Origin: Trichoplax adhaerens
Lineage: Eukaryota; Animalia; Placozoa
DNA: 64,000 nucleotides
Assembly: GCF_000150275.1 (NCBI RefSeq)
Contig: NW_002060952.1
Coordinates: 332,482 to 396,481 of the forward strand
Direction of reading: 5' to 3'
A model generated the notes under the pieces. That model saw nothing but the letters and a program-made list of their open reading frames with translations. It was not told the origin of the DNA and made no database searches. The stretch's first letter is position 1. The number at the start of each line of letters is the position of its first letter. Positions 1-12,570 of the stretch are shown here, piece by piece. Made by a program: the position numbers and the translations under genes.

Positions 1-1
1 G

Positions 2-205
2 CAATTTGATGTGATGGGAAAATTTGAATTTTCTACTTCCAATCTGATGGAAAAATTTTCTTCAATTGAAGAGAGAGAGTGTGATAAAAAACAGGTTATG
101 CAGTCTGGAGCTACGTCCAAGACTGGTAGAATGTTCAGTAGGGGAAATGCTAGGCGATCTGCCGCAATAATTTCAGCTATTAAAGCAGAGCAATTCCTTC
201 TTACA
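2..205 (+). CDS. Possible coding exon fragment of a gene truncated by the window edge; product unknown
   Basis: The frame is open from the window start (QFDVMGKFEF...KAEQFLLT) and ends at a plausible donor ACA|GTAATT. No family was recognised and no convincing downstream exon was found. Confidence 0.15.
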
Positions 206-2414
206 GTAATTTTCGATTCTAATAATGCAGTAATATCAACATATCTCAAGACTAAAGATATACATAGGTTAAAAACAATTTATCATTGTTATTGACTATC
301 CAGTGATTAAAGAGAAGAATATTCACGACATGGCCTATCTTCTACACTTTATTGTGCATGCTATTAGAAATACAGTTAGAATCTTTTTCCAGTAGCTATG
401 TTGCACACTACGCATCATCGTGGACCTTTTGAAGTACATAAAACAATTTATGCAATGAGAGAGAAGACTATGATCACGACTTGTGGCCTAATGTGCCATA
501 CGGAATTCAAGTACAGATTATAGTAGGAGTGTACCTGTGTTAGATGATTTTTAATATTGGTTGTGTCTCTAATACTAACAGATTATCATTCCCTAGCTTA
601 TGGAAGGAGAGTAACCGTAATTTATGGTCTATGATGGGTTATCACGTTGCACTACGATCGAGAAGGGCGTTTAGTAACTACAAGAAATATGTGACCAATA
701 GATCAGTCTAAGCACTTCTTGCGTTAAAAAATTGGACAAACGCACAACTCGTTTATTTACAAATGAGCTACGCTTGCCCACCTCGTTAAAGAAGAGCCAT
801 CGTAGTTTACGATCCTTTTACAAGTATATGATCAATATAGTATCCTCACCCAAAGCATTTTTCTCGGTGAAAAAGGTATAATCGATCAATTCGTTTGTTG
901 ATCAATTACGAAATGAAAACTTATACCCTAATATTATCTCTATTCCACAATTTGACAAGACAGTAATTTAAAGAATACAAAATTATTTTGATCGTCGTCT
1001 ATGATCAGCTTCAAATTTTAGCGATATTTCTCATCGTCTACTTAAGAATGATAGAAATTGGATAGCGATTATCCAAGGTTTCTTCTAAAAGTATCATCGG
1101 AGGATGCTATCATTAGTTGCTATTACCCTTTCGCGTTTCTTTCTCCTGCTGATACATAGAATACGTCAATACTTCATTTATACAATCAATTAACATATAG
1201 TGCAATCGTTACAGCGGAGATGCTAGGACTCCTACAGCTTAAAAAGTAAAATTTCCATGATACTTAGGCGCTTTACTTACTAAGAATAGAGTGTACACTG
1301 TAAATAAACAAAAAAAAGATGTTATATTCTATGCATGCTGTCTTGATCAACAAAATATCGCACAATAGCGACGCGGCTATTGGTAAACCGAAAGTAACTT
1401 ATCCTAGATTTGAAGACAAAAGTGGGGCGGAGTAATGCTTAACTATTTCAAATGGAAATGCTCGTCTTAACGCCAATCAATCATAATGATATGCAAAACA
1501 GTAGTGAGACATCTTAGATTATGTTACATCTTGTCAATATTACACAAACGCAATGACGGCTGTTTATCCATTTGAGACCGATTTATTTGTTGTAGATACC
1601 GTCAATCGATCAAATTTACTATAGCTGCAGGAATAACAGGAAGTCCCTGCTAATTACTACTATCAACTACACCTGTAAACATGTTGTATTTGTGCTCGTA
1701 TATAAATATAATATATAACAATTCAATCTTCAATATAATTATATTGAAAAACAACCTAGCTGACTACACTGTAAAAGCTATACTTTAGTGATGCAATACC
1801 GGCATTAGTTACATACGCGTATCATTCGACTATATTGTCGAGTAAAATTAAATAATATTTATGCACATTGCAGCCCCATTGGCGTACTCAAATTGACTGA
1901 GCCGATTCACTTATCGACTGCATGTCTAAAAGTGTAATAGCTAAGCACTATGTACCTAACGCATTTGTGTAAGCCTTAACATGTATAATTTACAGTCGTC
2001 ATTTTGGCTCATATAATAGACAGTATCTGACGTTACTTAATTTGATCAGTTAAAACTATTAAATTATTACGTCAACCAGAATAGGCATAAAAACTTTTTA
2101 TGGGTCAAAAAATAATTGCAATTATGAGGTGCTAATGCTGCAACTAGTACGGTAGTAAATATAATTGTTGTCATGGAGTAGGATTCATTCATGATTGAAA
2201 ATAAAATACATGAAATTTTTTCGCAAGTGTAAAACTTCTAAGAACGAATACACCAATAGATTTACTATGCTGATTTACAACGGTCATCCTAGATATTTTT
2301 CTATAACATATATAATAACGGAATAAACTAATATTGCTAGTATTTTTGTAATATCTGTATATTAATAAAGTTCGACCTGAAACCTCATGTACTACTATGC
2401 TGTTGTCATTAATC

Positions 2415-5400
2415 TTACAGACCCACTTCTGAGCAATCTTCGGGATAACGCTTATGCATTTGCTCATTCGGTTCGTAAATCTTTGAACTAAATGAGTTAA
2501 AGTAACGACCAAGTTCCGGGTGTTGAATTAATTCAGTTCGATCAGTGGTTTCTAAATTTTCTATTTTAAACAAGTACAATACGTAAACTTACTAATTACA
2601 ACATATCATCTTATGATTACATATATAGCAATTCGTATGTATGCTAAAACATCTGGTTATGAAAGGATAGAATATATGCTATAGATAATGACTAAAAAAT
2701 AATATTTGTATACCTTGGGCAACATATCGTTCCGAACTATCGGCACCAAGTACGTTGTAGAATGGCTGATTCTTGCCTTGACTTAGTTGATTAATACCAT
2801 TTTGAAGGATCCATGCTTCCCCCTTGTCACACACCGAATCCCAACCACAAACAATACATTGAAAATTATATCTAGTGAAAAAATAATTTCAAAAATTGTA
2901 CAATTATTCCATGATCCATTCGAATAACAAAATCAACGATTTGAAAAGTGATTAACTTACGATTAATACGAAGCATAAACTTATTACATAACTGACCTCT
3001 TATGAAGTAAAATGTCGCCTATCTTAAACTTCACTTGTGGATATTCAGAACGTAATTTAATCTGTATCCAACAGAACCGTATCGTTATAAAATCTAATAT
3101 TGCATCTACTAAAACGTTACTATTTTAGAAGAACTAACTATTTCCATCGTATTGTCTTTCTCATATTTCTTCTTTACTAGGGTCTTCAAATATCTCTGGT
3201 GCTGCGGTGTCATTTGAAAAAATCCATGATTTCCCTTTTCGAAAGTATCTCTTATGATCTACCCATTTACAGTTATGTTCAACATAATATTTACTATAAT
3301 TAATAATTGCTCACTTCTATAGGCAAAAATAAAGTAATCTTCATAACTTATACACTATTTTACCTTAATGTCATAAGCTTTTACCCGAGCTAACAGATAT
3401 AAGTACATAAATCGAATGGACTGATCATTTGGATTCAATATTAGATCTAAATTTAAAGCATGGACCAGCTGTAGTAAGCTATCAAGAAATAGAAATAAAA
3501 ATATGAAGTTAATATATGACATAATCTACACGGAGCTTAATCTTTAACAGACTATTCGTTTAACACAAACACATTTGATTTACCTATCACGGTAAGGGAT
3601 GGACCTGTGCAGTTCATTGACCCAATTACCAATAGCAACACACAATAGCTGAAAATATTAACGAAACTAACTCAGGTCATAACAAATTTTGAGAAGTACT
3701 ATTCATAAATTCATTATATGTCCAGCAGATATTTTGACTTTCTAGTTACCTCCTTAGTTGAAACATGTTCTAATGTACGATGTAGTCGAAATGATATCAT
3801 CTGCAGACACTCTTCTCGAGTTTTCAATTTTCCATTCTCCAGGACATCAATATATTTAAATCTTTCTGTTTCATTAGTACTACTTAATTATATTAATAAA
3901 AATTATAATGGATCTTATTTATTATGCATAGGACATAGTGATACAATGTAAATTTATTATTATTGTACCTTGAGTTGCAAGGCCATCTTAACATGAAGTG
4001 ACTTAGAAAGCTAACCTATTGCGAAAAATTCAAGCAGTAACTACAATTAAAAGGCATTATCAGCTCTCATTTACTAATATTAAGAAGTCTTATATATAAT
4101 AGCTTACAAATTATATCTAATATACCATGATAAAAATTGATATCGCAAAAAATCTTAGAATTTATGCTAAGGCAAAAACACACGTGTTAAACGTACAAAT
4201 TCAAGATGAACACCTAGTCTAGCTGCGATAGCAAGATATATAGCACACATAGTTAGAGGAATTCCATATCCGCTCTCCAATACCTAAAGACAGAGGCGAA
4301 AAAGAGCAGATAAATTTATTTGCAGTATAATAAAATACCTATATTATGTCAACGATGCTTTTACACTTATGGAAAAAAGTATCGGATATTATCACCTTAT
4401 CAATAGAAACATTTTTTTCATCATAATAGTTGTCGCAATTACAATGATAATTTAATTCCGTGAAGAGTACTTTATTAATAGTGAGCAGTATTCTTTCCGC
4501 TTCGGTATGATCTGTAACTATTGTAGAATATAATACAATCAGTCATGAGAAAATATTGATACCAGAATAGTTTAATTCGTCAGTGCATAATTAGAATAGT
4601 TTCAGATATAAAATGACTTTAAGAAGAAAAAAATTACTCCAGTCATCTCTGCCAAATGATAAATGTGTAAGACGAATTTGGATTTGGCTAGGCTGCAATA
4701 ACTGTAAAACTCTCATGGCTATTCGATCAATGCGCTGACCGGTATCATTCACTATGTCAACTTTGTAAGATGAAGTCATCCAATAGGCCAGTAACGAAAA
4801 ACCTAAAATGTCAGAGGTCCTATTTTTAATTCAAATATAGAAGTGCATGCTAGAAATATTTTGGTAGACGATACCTAATTACGGATATTATAAATCGGAC
4901 AAATTAAAATCTCTATAAAAATAACTCTATTGATAAGCATAATTACCTAGCTCTGGCGACTGCTTCCAATCAGGTAAGGCCAAAAATGCTTGAATTTCAT
5001 CCTGAAGCCGACAATGAGATAAATATTTAACAACCAATCTAGCATAATATCTCATTGTCAGCTTATTCCATCTGCCAGAATATCCACGGAAATAAATGTA
5101 GATTAACATTATGCGAAAAACAATTCTTTTAACATTATAATAATTTAATCTACTTAAGAATCTCGTGCATGAGAAAATATTTCGACCTATAAGTACTATA
5201 CTGGATAATGTAACGAACTGCTCCTAGAACGCAAGTGTTTTCTGCAATTACTTATTAGCATCAAGAAATTCTTCCAGACATTCGATCGCTGATGGAACTA
5301 TTACTGTTGAATCAGCTCCTGTAACGATCCGATCGATTCCATCGTAGCGATCATTTGTAATGATTTGCTCATCATGACACTTGTAAGCAATTAAATTAAT

Positions 5401-6496
5401 TTCCTTCCTTAACAACTCTTCAAGTTGATGCCTTTTCTTATATATTTCATACCAGTCACATTGATCATCCGATGCATTATGCCAGTGAGACCATCTAGTT
5501 TAAAATACGTACATTTTCAACATGATTAGAGTGCCATAGCTCGATTACTTCATCAACATATAGTATAGAGGTATTCAAACTTGTCAATGATTGCCATGTC
5601 TAACATAATACACGTAATGGCTATCTTTGTACTTTACACGATTGGATTCTGTCCTTGATGGCAGTAAACTATCGCTAGGAAAGTTACTGTCTTATAACAG
5701 TGATCTATGATTGGAATTGGTAAATATTCGTACACATTATGCAAATCAACAGTACTGTATTGAGGATAAAACTTTCGATTAGTTCGGTATATATCATTAG
5801 AAATACAACACTACCTTCATTTGCAAATAGTACAAAGATTAATAATTATAATTGAGTGACATAAATTATCTCAGACTATGCTATCTTACTTCATTACTAG
5901 ACGGTTTACACAACAGTTGTAAAGTTGATAAGTAGATGGTATAGTAAAATGTAATGATTATTTATCTAGTCGTATAAATTATAAATTCATCATTTGATAG
6001 AATTAGCTTGATTTAGCATCATCCATGCCAAGATTTTACGATGGATATAACATTGATGAAATGATGACTAAAAGTTGAAAACCAGAATTTGATTTTTTAA
6101 ACAAGCGTATGATTAACGTGGCTGCTGATCTGGTCACTTCGTATAATGGCTGCATCTACAGTACTGTAGCAATGTTCTGTTTCATTTAGTACAATGGCTA
6201 CATGGATAGTAGAAATGGTCCGTTTTAATTATTCTCGTATCTTCGATAGGACCTGTTGGCTTTCAACGCGTATAATAGCAATAACCCTAAGCCACTGGTG
6301 TCTATACAATCATGCAAGGTACATACCTTGTCAAAGCTTTCCTTTTCCATAATTTACTACTCATGCATATCGAATACAGCCTTCGTGATGTTGACCGTAC
6401 GGCTAATAGATGACGATGATCAAGACTATCATCTGCTAATATCACTTCTAGTAATTCGTTGGCTAACGTTAGGAGATTGGGATGACATTCATTCAT
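2415..6496 (-). CDS. FBXO21: F-box only protein 21 (F-box + transglutaminase-like/SirB1-type core + YccV/HspQ-like C-terminal domain), ~14 exons
   Basis: Exon 1 has an F-box (LLTLANELLEVIL...STSRRLYSICMSSKLW). GT-AG spliced exons give LTMRYYARLVVKYL, VLESGYGIPLTMCAIYLAIAARLGVHLEFVSFLSHFMLRW, YIDVLENGK, FKIGDILLHKRYNFQCIVCGWDSVC, QPFYNVLGADSSERYVAQENLE and HPELGRYF...RYPED. These match the motif order of vertebrate FBXO21. Stop TAA is at 2415-2417. Confidence 0.93.
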
Positions 6497-6744
6497 TCTC
6501 TTTCTTCTTATTCAATCAGTAAGTAACTTTGTCAACATCATGCAAAATACGTCGAAGTCATCTCGTATGGATCAATTTTCTAGACATTCAGTAGAACATT
6601 AAGAGTGGATAACATCTGTCATTGCATTTCCCATATGAATAACACTGTCTACGCTAGCGGATAAGGTGTGCAGATTTTCTACTGTCCTGCTCAATTATTG
6701 ATCAACATTTGGACTTGGCGTAGCGATGGAAATGGAGTAGATCG

Positions 6745-6870
6745 CTGACTACAGTACCAGTCCGTACTGTAGATTGACTCTCGTACAGTACTAGTAACTG
6801 TACCGTATTGTACCGTACAGTCTTAACGATGCCACCCTCTACAGTGCAATGTACAGCACTGTGCACTGTC
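6745..6870. promoter_or_regulatory. Cluster of TACAGTAC/TACTGTA-like motifs upstream of the FBXO21 start
   Basis: About 8 copies of (T/C)ACAGT/ACTGT(A) lie within ~125 bp, 250-370 bp upstream of the ATG. Similar clusters occur near the SBNO and RNF25 starts. Confidence 0.35.
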
Positions 6871-7492
6871 GATTTTTCACGGGAAAAATTTTAAAAAGGG
6901 GGAAAAAAAAGAAATTTTTTCGTTTCTTGAACTAATTTTATATCAATGGATAGGGAAATAGTTAAGTTACAAGATTCTGTCCTTAAAATTGATGTTAAAT
7001 GTCGAATTGGGGAGTAGATGATAAGTTAAAGTACCCCAACTGCTACAGTGCAATACTATACACCGTGTACAGTACAGTATAGTGTCAGGGACCTATAAAA
7101 AGAGAATTTTTCTCTTCAGTAAACTATTATACAATATACAGTACAGTACTGCAATCAGTGTGCTCTCCTCTACTGAACAGTGAACAGCCTCTTCCATTTC
7201 GTTTTAGATACTTTCACTGGGAAAAAATGGAATTCAAATTAAGGCGCGAGTAAAGTAGTTTATACCGCTATCTAGCATATGAACAGATTTTTCTTAATTT
7301 ACAGATAGAATCTTTGAGTTTACTGTATGTATAGAAATGGTTGTTTCGATAGCAATCAATTTCATTGATACTTTTATTAAAATATCTGATACGAAAATAA
7401 ACATGGCTGTCCTGTAGATACGTAGTATAGTACTATATAAGATAAAGAGGTAAAATAGACACAAATCATAACATACTGTATAATCGTAACGA

Positions 7493-8420
7493 GCTTGAAT
7501 GCAATTAATGCAATTAGTGCCATACCTTACTCTTTAAGGTTAAAAAAATAGGCATCAAATTTGCTGAAAGCCCATTTTAACTGCCATTCTAGCGTTTCGA
7601 GTGAACTTTGAAACAAATTTTCAAAAATAGAGTTTGCTAAGAACGTATCTCAAAAGTTCGGTGTCAACTTCTGCTCAATATGCAGATATTGCGTATAACG
7701 ACGCGTTTACTATCGATGTATGAGTATTTCCGCTATCAGGGGACTTCTAAAAATGGCCGGTCAATGTCTGGCGTGGACCGATTGCTCGGGACATTGCCAG
7801 GCAATTTGATATTTCTAGGATTGAGCTCAATATATGGATTTACAACGTAGTACAGTACTATAAGAAAAAAAAGAGGTAAAATGCACACAAATCTCCGTAT
7901 GCTGTATAACCAGAAACTACTCAACTAGGAATTCTCCCTCAAAAGCTGTCACTAAAAATGTTTTCCCACTGTACTCAACTAAGAATTCTCCATCAAAAGC
8001 CATAACTAAAAAAATTTCCCCCTCCCCTATACTAAAAATACACGGGACTCGTATATTTTTTAGTATAGAGAGAAATTTTTCTAGTTACGGCTTTTGATGG
8101 AGAATTCTTGGTAGAGTAGTCCTTGGTATAACCATAACTAACTTGAATGCGTTGATACAATATTTTACTCTTTAAGATTAAAATTGGGCATCAAATCTGA
8201 TGAAAGCCTATTTTAGCTGTCACTTTTAGCGTATTGAGTGAACTTTTAAACAAATTTTCGAAAATACGAGTTTGCCAAGAAGATGTCTCAAAAGTTCGTT
8301 ATAAAACTTCAATTCGATATACACAGTACAGTACGTCGTTTCGTATGGCGACGCATTTTCTATGCACATATGTCTCTGCTATCGATAGTATACAGGACTG
8401 TAAGTCGGGACTTTTTAAGG
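7493..8420. repeat. Pair of diverged ~260-280 bp direct repeats (7493-7752 and 8141-8420)
   Basis: Both copies share, in order, cttgaatgc, ttactctttaag, ggcatcaaat, gaaagcc, gagtgaacttt, aaacaaattttc, tctcaaaagttcg, gacgc and gggactt. Confidence 0.8.
7916..8120. mobile_element. Long palindromic (foldback/MITE-like) element with a tandemly duplicated left arm
   Basis: The arm tactcaactaagaattctccatcaaaagcc...tatactaaaaatacacg (7972-8044) is the near reverse complement of cgtatattttttagtata...ggcttttgatggagaattcttggtagagta (8050-8118), with a 5-nt loop. An extra copy of the outer arm lies at 7916-7970. Confidence 0.65.
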
Positions 8421-8518
8421 GATGGCAGGAAAGCGTGTTGGATAATACAAAAAATATTCAAATCTTACCAAGTGATTACCCTTATTTACCCGTATAGCAC
8501 CCTATGCGGTGGAAAATG

Positions 8519-8586
8519 CGGATCAATCCCATTTTACGGCGTTACGTTGTAGAATCTAGCTTGATCTGTGAAATGGAATTGATCCG
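8519..8586. repeat. Short inverted repeat/hairpin (~19-21 bp stem, ~28 nt loop)
   Basis: cggatcaatcccattttac pairs with gtgaaatggaattgatccg. Confidence 0.6.
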
Positions 8587-9269
8587 AAAATCCTACTTCT
8601 AATGGTGTGGCTTTCATTTTAAGACCTACATTATAGTGATATTAAAAATAGAGATTTTGAGTGGGCAAAAATGATTAAAATGCAATGAATCTCTCCTTCA
8701 CTGAAAAAATTTTGTGGCTCAAATAGTACTTCTTTCTCAATCAGATTGACCACAATATTCGTACAGTATGTAGTCCTGGATGAGCATTAGTGGAACTGTA
8801 GAGATAGCCTTTAGCAAAGTCATGTTGCTAGCGAGATGAGCGATTTCAATCGCGAGCAATAAACAATATCACCATTCCATGCTAGATTCAATATGATGCT
8901 TGGAAGAGCTAAGACCGTTTAGATTGTATCTATTAATATTCAGTAGGATAACGTTTATTTATTATATACCAGGCAGTAGTAGTTTCGACTAGGTCAACGA
9001 AAAATCAATCTTGAATTGATTGAGCTCTGCACTGTACGTGATTCCATCTTAAATTGACAGCTAAATTGCAATGCTAGGATATAGGCGCATTGAATTTGGC
9101 GCGATTCCGTAGCACAACATGATGCTCTAGTGCGGCTAGATCCAGATAATCTATAAGCTACTACCCACAACATTGACTAATTCTCCACTATGAGCAAAAA
9201 ATGCGAATACATGCATTAAAGCTACGATCCGGTCAGAAATGAATAACACAGCACAGTATACGGATGCAG

Positions 9270-9600
9270 TGAGTCCTAAATCACTTCTAGCTATTACCTA
9301 TACTATTAATATCAACTGAATCTGCTTCTGTACCAGGAGAAAATTGAAATTAATTTAACGTCTTTTTTGCATTAATAAGCCACGCCACGATTAGATACGA
9401 ATATTGATGTTAGTGGTAGTATACGAGTACAGAGCCATCCCATGTGGTCGGTGCAATATCATGATGTACTTAGTAAAGCTAGTCCTAAATCACTTCAAGA
9501 TATTACCCAAAATACAAATGTGAATATTGATGGTCATGGCAATATACGAGTACAGATCCTTCATATGATCAGCACAATATCATGTGAGAGTAAAGCTACT
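9270..9600. repeat. Local patchwork duplication
   Basis: agtcctaaatcacttc..g.tattacc occurs at ~9272 and ~9481. gaatattgatg...atatacgagtacaga...atatcatg...agtaaagcta occurs at ~9399 and ~9522. Confidence 0.6.
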
Positions 9601-10926
9601 TCTTGGCCACTTTCACGCCACTACCTATAACATGGACCAATTCTGTTTATGCACTAGGATAATATTGAAATACCTCTACCATAGCAATCAAAGATAGAAC
9701 CTACGATGCTATCGTCGAGATTAACTAAATTTGAGCTAGAAATCAATCCATTGGAAGTACGAACATGATGACAAGCATACCATACCAAAATTCGCCAATT
9801 TTTTTCCGTACGCTAATTCCTAATACAGTATCAGTATTAACATCCGCTACAATGACTGTAAAATATTGCCATCATTTATAGCTACTTCGCCGAGGATTTC
9901 CCTAACTTCCAGATAATAATTTTAAATTTGCAAAATTTTACCATCATAAGCAAATGCTTTTAATTTTCGGTAGATATGAAATTCTATAGATTCATTAGAT
10001 TAATCGGCCCAATTACACCTTTGCTACATGGAGACAATCATACTGTATTTTCGATATACGAAATAAATTTACGTAGTTTAGAAATTGTTTCTGCATTTCA
10101 ATTTTTAATATTGCTACTAAATTCTCCGGTACAATTAAAAATAAAAAACATACGAATACGGATTAACGGTTTATTTTTATATTTATTTTTATAATGACAT
10201 TAACTCATTTTTTTAATCGAATAGAATTTATCATAATAACTGTTGGAAAATAAAATTTTAGAATATATACTCGTACCACACTAGAGCATGCTGTATGTAT
10301 ACGATGATATATCGTAAAACGGAATTAATTTTAGGCCTAACCGAAATATTGCGGCGGCTATACCAGTAGTGTAGTTCACGATCTGGAGTCCGATAGTAAG
10401 ACATGACATTCGCGTATACCGATATCTTTATGACATGGCAATAAAATCATCTATAGATTCCATAGTTAAAAACAGATGCTGGCTGCAATTTCATTACAAC
10501 GTGTCGAAATAGAGCTCTTTACGGATGACCACTTGGCGTTGCTAGAAGTTATTATCTAACATTACCCCTAATGCTGTGATAGTTCACTACATTATATGCT
10601 CCAAATTTAAATTTAGATACGTCAAAGTCCAATTTTAATCATTTCTCATATTTCCTTACTTCAGCGTAGAATTGCGCCCGTCGTGGGAAATATAAACACT
10701 AGAACAGTGTTTAAAAAAGCTTATAAAGTAGCTAGACAATCATCTGATATCAAAGTCGTACTTTGAAAGATAATAGCCATGATAAATGTTCTAAAGTTTA
10801 GACTTGGGAAGCTCTTCTGTTATCCTCTTTAGTTACATAATACACGTAGTTATAAAGCGATAGTTTTAAAACCATTATCGATCTGCTTATGAATTCGATA
10901 GGGAAAGTATCTCGCCACCAACATCG

Positions 10927-11190
10927 CTAATAAACATATAAAACGAAATCATCACGAGCTCGATAATATCGTCGACGAGGGCAGCAACAGTCGTACATAT
11001 CATGATAGCGATTTCTCATCCACCTTCTTCCTTTAAAGGCTACGAGGATAGCACAATTGATGATTGCAGCTATCGCTAAGATAGCAAAAACGATAATCAT
11101 TGCCAGAATGTCCGTCGGTAAGTTTAAAAAATTTCGAATGTCATATCCAGCTTCGGTCGATGGCATGGTAGTGGTATTTCTCGAACTCAT
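10927..11190 (-). CDS. Orphan single-exon small membrane protein (87 aa, one TM helix, Cys cluster, basic tail)
   Basis: ATG at 11190. The protein has an N-terminal N-x-T sequon (RNTTT), a ~25-aa hydrophobic helix (ILAMIIVFAILAIAAIINCAILVAF), positive-inside KGRRWMRNR and CCCPRRRYYR. GC content is higher than the flanks. Confidence 0.6.
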   Translation of the reverse strand: MSSRNTTTMPSTEAGYDIRNFLNLPTDILAMIIVFAILAIAAIINCAILVAFKGRRWMRNRYHDMYDCCCPRRRYYRARDDFVLYVY

Positions 11191-12570
11191 CTTCAAAATT
11201 AACGTGAAATAATTTAAATATTTACAGAGACGATCTCCTTCCTGATAGTGCTCTTATCTTTCTAGGAGAAATATTAAGCCTAGAGATGCCCACGACAACG
11301 CTGATAAGCGATTCAGCTCACGCCGGTTATCAAACATATGACAGCAGCCCTAGCTACGTTAATTAAATTACCATTACCCTATTAAAGAAACAGTTCAAAC
11401 TGACTTTGTTATGAAATTAAACATTCAAAGTTTGCGAGGTCTATGGTATCAATCATAAGGCCATTAATAATAGATTATACTAGAAGGCGAGATGCCAATC
11501 TAACAGGGCAGTTTTCTACAATTTTGAGCATAATAAATTTACCTATAATAATTCTCATCAATAAAATTTGCAACTATTTTACTTTTAATGTTTCTCCGCT
11601 TCCTAATTACAGTTATGCGCTTCAAATACTTGTACCGTACATAGGAATGTTACTGCAATATTGCAACTAATCGATTTGAGACATGAGATACAATTAGTAA
11701 GGTATCGATTTAACATTGAATTTATCGTCAGTTGTACTAGTTGTACTTTTGAAATGTTCCGAAAAGGTTTAAATTTATAAGGTGAATAACAGCATTATCA
11801 ATGAGAACATGCGCTGAATATACTAAAAAATTGCAATTTAGCTTAATTAATACTCGTATGTTTTCGTAACGCCGTTATCGACAATCATACTTCTTATATG
11901 ATAGTGATAATTCTATTTACTGTCGGTTATATTCGATCATAATATTGTGATAAAAAGGTCGTAGTCTATATGTTTCATAACATCTATACTATTGGATGAC
12001 AATTTATGAAGAATTTGGTAGTCATTGCGATATTTGTCGCATTCAATAAATTAAGGCCTAAAGTTTTATTTTACGCTAGTAAAACGGCAAGCGCTAATGT
12101 TAGCATTCAGCGTTTCTAATATATAACAGTAAAAATTAGATAATAATACTTTATTTCTTGATTAACAAGATCAACTTTTACAGAGAGTTTGAGTACACTT
12201 ACGGCTTATAAATATATGTATCCGTTTCCGAATAGAACAGTTGGAAGATCTGATTGTCGAATGCAATACAGCATAATATATATATAAACAAGTTGAAAAA
12301 TAGCACTTTAAGTATTACCGCTTTCATTAAATGAAGTCAGCAATATAGAACAAGACAAATCAATCACGATATTCCTGGATTTGCTTTATAAGGAATCCTT
12401 GAAATAACCAATTCGATAATAATTCATGACTCTCAACAGCTATAAAATCAACAAACATGATGTCTTAAGCACACAAAATAAATTACGTATTATGTGTTAA
12501 ATAGTAACGGAAACAATACAATTAAACTATCTTTGACACAACGTATTATTAATTTGCAATCAGCAATCTC

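Noticed and set aside
8519-8586. pre-miRNA
   Set aside because: The loop is large, the context is repeat-rich and there are no expression data. It is better explained as an inverted-repeat remnant.
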